From positions 1-10,734 of the forward strand of contig JBKPAK010000243.1 in NCBI GenBank assembly GCA_046726415.1: 10,734 nt of DNA. Direction: 5' to 3'. Source of the DNA: Candidatus Methylomirabilota bacterium (GTDB taxonomy: Bacteria > Methylomirabilota > Methylomirabilia > Rokubacteriales > CSP1-6). The notes below the pieces were generated by a model. The model was given only the letters and a program-made list of their open reading frames with translations, was not told the DNA's origin and searched no databases. Shown piece after piece: positions 7,987 through 10,734 of this stretch. A program made the position numbers and the translations under genes. The stretch's first letter is position 1. Every line of letters begins with the position of its first letter.

Positions 7987-8252
7987 GTGTTCGGCTACGC
8001 TCCCCGTCGCGGCGGCGGGCGCGACGGCTCCGCAGAGGTCTACGACCACATGCGCGTTCAAGGCTGTCCAGCGGTGGACATCGACCTGACGGAGCGAATC
8101 GCAGAGCTGGTCGACCTGGACAAGGTGCTGTCTCCGTGACCGAGCTAGAACGCGAGAACCGGCGCCTCCAGGGCGAGCTGATCCGAGCGCGCGAAGACAT
8201 CCCCGACCTTCAGCGACGGCTCCCTATGCGTACGAGGAGATTCGCCAGCTGA
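7987..8252 (+). CDS. Small hypothetical protein or gene fragment ending in a coiled coil (probably one ORF with an indel at ~8133, or two coupled ORFs)
   Basis: Protein-like reading EVYDHMRVQGCPAVDIDLTERIAELVDLDKVL ends at TGA 8137-8139, overlapping GTG 8136, which reads VTELERENRRLQGELIRAREDIPDLQRRL (heptad-like). No family recognised. Confidence 0.3.
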
Positions 8253-8316
8253 GCGCCGAGGGTGCCACGGCGAAAGTCGCGCTCCACGTAGTAGCCCTGC
8301 CGCGAGGAAGCGAATA

Positions 8317-8883
8317 ATGGGCGTCGGTAGCAATCTTGGGAAATGGGATGACTGGTACCGCGATCTTCATGCCAACGCCCCGGACCCATTCCTGTACGGC
8401 GACACCGTGACGTATCGGATGCCGCCGCGTTCCTGGTCGATGTGGCCACCGTCGAGGACTGGGGATGCGGTGCGGGTGGGTTTCCGACCGTTCTGCAAGA
8501 GCGCCTATGTCGGGATCGACGGCAGCCAGACGCCGTTCGCTGACCGGATCGTCGACCTGTGCCAGTACCAGTCGCACGTAGAGGGCATCCTGATCCGGCA
8601 TGTGCTGGAACACAACGACGCATGGGAGCGGGTGCTCGAGAATGCCGTGCTCTCGTTCACAAGGAAGCTCTGCCTGATCCTGTTCACGCCGTTCAGCGAG
8701 ACGACCCAAGTCCTTTCGCGCTATTGGCACGGCGTGAATGTCCCGGACATTTCGTTCTGCCGAAGCGACATCGAGCGTAAGCTGACGGACCTCCGGTGGG
8801 AGCTCTTCGACAACCTCCCGACATCCACGCACTACGGGATCGAGCATGCCTACATGATCTGGCGTAACCAGAAAGGAGGCTGA
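8317..8883 (+). CDS. Class I SAM-dependent methyltransferase-like protein (compensating indels at ~8421 and ~8482)
   Basis: The alternative frame over 8421-8480 reads AAAFLVDVATVEDWGCGAGG (motif I). The main frame then gives YVGIDGS (motif II) and RHVLEH (post-motif IV). SD-like GAGGAA upstream. Confidence 0.7.
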   Translation: MGVGSNLGKWDDWYRDLHANAPDPFLYGDTVTYRMPPRSWSMWPPSRTGDAVRVGFRPFCKSAYVGIDGSQTPFADRIVDLCQYQSHVEGILIRHVLEHNDAWERVLENAVLSFTRKLCLILFTPFSETTQVLSRYWHGVNVPDISFCRSDIERKLTDLRWELFDNLPTSTHYGIEHAYMIWRNQKGG

Positions 8884-8914
8884 GCAAGCCGGTCCCATTC
8901 AACGTGGAAACCTG

Positions 8915-9088
8915 CTTCCCAGTGACCACCCGGACACAATTTGGAACGGCCATGGTGCTGGCGATCCAATGTGCCGGATGTGATGAGACGGTTCATGCAG
9001 CTCAGGTCGAGTATCGGATCGGCGCGGGCAGCCACTCACGCACCGGTTCCACCTCGGCTGCTATGGGCAGGCGCTCCCTCAGAACTGA
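8915..9088 (+). pseudogene. Remnant of a small CxxC...HxxC putative zinc-binding protein
   Basis: Joining frames across two compensating indels (~8969 and ~9020-9034) gives LPSDHPDTIWNGHGAGDP-CAGC-DETVHAAQVEYRI...LTHRF-HLGC-YG. No convincing start codon or SD. Confidence 0.55.
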
Positions 9089-9240
9089 GTTCTCAGGGCG
9101 CCGTGTCTCCGCCGGGTCCTGCTCCCTGCGCTGCGCCGAACACACGCGCCGGGTGAGCAGGTCGAGGCGAATCCAGGCGGTGACTGGGTCGGGCTGCTGC
9201 GGGAGGTCGGCAGCCGATACGGGACGAAAAATCACCCGCG

Positions 9241-9281
9241 CCGAGGCCGCACCTTCTCCCTGACCGAGCCCACCTTTCTCC
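9241..9281. repeat. Imperfect tandem direct repeat (2 copies, ~18 bp)
   Basis: CCGAGGCCGCACCTTCTCC (9241-9259) and CCGAGCCCACCTTTCTCC (9264-9281). Confidence 0.5.
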
Positions 9282-9284
9282 GCC

Positions 9285-9336
9285 TGTTGCGCGACGTTAC
9301 ATCGTAACAAGGATTGTTACTCCCCTTAACTAGGGG
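9285..9336. promoter_or_regulatory. AT-richer cluster of interlocking palindromes, candidate operator array
   Basis: GTTAC-atc-GTAAC (9296-9308), GTAACAA-gga-TTGTTAC (9304-9320) and CCCCT-taact-AGGGG (9322-9336). Confidence 0.45.
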
Positions 9337-9757
9337 TGCAGATCGTGATGGGGAGTCGTAGACGGTCTCGGGGTGGCGGAGCCGAGGCTGGCCAGACTTC
9401 TCCGTAGTCCCCCGTCCCGGTACGGTAGCCACATACTGGGCGGCTCGGCCTCAGTCGTCGGATCGCCTGGCCGAGACCAGATCGGCGATGGGGTGAGGTC
9501 GGCTCGGTGACCGCGTCAGCCTTCGCGACGGGGCGGCAGCAGGAGGCCTCCCGATCCTCAGACAGCATTCCGGGAACAAGGTAAGGAGGAATGCCGAGGT
9601 CCCAGCCGGGATAATCCTGCTGATCGGCCAGACGCTGCTGCGTTCGATTAGCGACGTGCGCTCAGACGGTCCCGCATAGGGAAACCTGATCCGACATAGG
9701 AGAGGCCTATTTGTGTATTGGCTTTAAACCAAATCGTGTTGAAAAAGGAGCTAAAAA

Positions 9758-10542
9758 ATGTCCGACACTGCAAAGAGATCCATCGCTATCGGGTGGGTTG
9801 CAATCATCATACTGCTCCTTCTAGCGGTCGGTGGGTTGCCCGAACGGCCAGCAGGCGCGAACGGCCAGCTGTCGTTCGAGGACTGGCTAGCTGCACAGAG
9901 CACACGCTGCAAGGACTACGATGGTGATGGCACTCCATGCGAGCCCTACGAGGACCAGTATATTCCGGCCAATCAGAGCTATGTCTATTTGACGGCACCA
10001 GCGCAGAGGCGTGTGGCAGTTGTGGACTGGTTGGGCATATCGGGGCGCTACCTGCTAGACGTGTGCGACGTCGATCTCGGGACCACAGTGACCGGAACCG
10101 TGACAGCGCATGACGTCGGGAACGGCGAGGTGCTGGTAAGCGTGCGAGGGCACACACAAACGCCATGGCCTTTGTCGCCGAGGATCCTAACCTCAACCCC
10201 TTCAGCCTGCCTCTGCTTTTCGGCGCGCGCGAGGAGGACGTATGTAACGGCGCCGAGGCCTCACTGGTCGACGTCGAGTTCAAGGTTGAGTACTACACCG
10301 ATGCCTCGGATCCGATCGTTGACAATCAGTACTTCGGCAATCCCCCCAGCGTGGGTGGCTTCCCCGACGATCCGTTTCGATTCCGCGTCTTGATGGTACG
10401 AGTCCGGGGTGAGGGCACGCTGGCAGATGGATCCCGGGGCCGCCTGACGATCAATGAGACGGGCATATTCCAGCCGCACAGTAGGTCGCCGAGATTCGAC
10501 AGCTTCCCGGTCGAGTTCATCAACTTACACAAAGTGGGTTGA
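9758..10542 (+). CDS. Secreted hypothetical protein, beta-rich (~261 aa; one base missing at ~10150-10162)
   Basis: Strong SD AAGGAG (9745-9750) and a signal peptide (KR + hydrophobic stretch + PAGA). ...SVRGHT continues in another frame as NAMAFVAEDP...FPVEFINLHKVG-TGA. The shift lies in CACACACAAA. GC is visibly lower than in the left operon. Confidence 0.75.
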
Positions 10543-10732
10543 AGGCCATCCGTTCGACCCATCCAATGAGGGTTGCAACAGCGCCGACCAGTCCGGCTCC
10601 GTGTGGTTCCTGGCGTCGTCCTCGCCCCCAGGCGAGCGCAGCTGCACCATTCCGGCCGACACAGCACTCTTTCTCGGGTTGGCCAACGTGGAATGCTCCA
10701 GCCTCGAAACCCCGTTTTTCCAGCACCACTAG
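10538..10732 (+). pseudogene. 5'-truncated fragment of an uncharacterised, usually secreted, Cys-containing protein family
   Basis: VEGHPF...C...QSGSVWFLA...ERSCTIPA.TALF.GLAN.ECSSLE is a motif string I recognise from conserved hypothetical proteins. It has no start, SD or N-terminus, begins on top of the upstream stop codon and ends at TAG 10730-10732 at the window edge. Confidence 0.6.
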
Positions 10733-10734
10733 GC

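Noticed and set aside
7525-8139. 204-aa ORF as a real protein
   Set aside because: It is read-through from the truncated NTPase across an Arg/Gly-rich non-coding-like spacer into an unrelated fragment.
9082-9092. GAAC-TGA-GTTC as a LexA (Cheo) box
   Set aside because: The spacer is 3 nt instead of the canonical 4, and no SOS-type gene lies downstream.
9656-9670. GTGCG as a group II intron 5' end
   Set aside because: No domain V/VI or reverse transcriptase sequence was seen, and a 5-mer is expected by chance.
9668-9710. Resemblance to the 5' part of a c-di-GMP-I riboswitch (GGTCCCGCATAGGGAAACC)
   Set aside because: The GGCAAAC and GACGCAAAGC core and the second stem with its tetraloop receptor are absent.
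1-10734. CRISPR array, tRNA, rRNA, transposase or integrase
   Set aside because: No regularly spaced repeats, cloverleaf, rRNA-like sequence, or DDE/tyrosine/serine recombinase motifs were seen.

Overview
High-GC bacterial window with two different halves. Left (17-4724, minus strand): an intact, tightly packed operon encoding a PAL-like NHL beta-propeller, a DctP-DctQ-DctM TRAP transporter and a PuuE-type polysaccharide-deacetylase-fold hydrolase, with a divergent DUF6282-like amidohydrolase (5146-6073). This looks like an uptake and catabolism unit for an N-containing cyclic amide or ureide acid. The most interesting hypothesis is that the PAL-like protein acts as a ureidoglycolate-type (alpha-hydroxyglycine) lyase. 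Right (6126-10734, plus strand): a mosaic accessory region holding a vapBC-type toxin-antitoxin pair with a leaderless promoter and twin operators, a truncated DUF3631-associated P-loop NTPase, a class I SAM-methyltransferase-like gene, a small CxxC...HxxC gene remnant, a palindrome- and hairpin-rich intergenic region, a lower-GC secreted protein and a 5'-truncated gene fragment. About a dozen single-base indels are inferred right of ~5400, mostly at short homopolymers, so several ORF-track entries are split or falsely fused. Sequencing error is the more likely cause. All family calls come from motif recognition; no database search was run.
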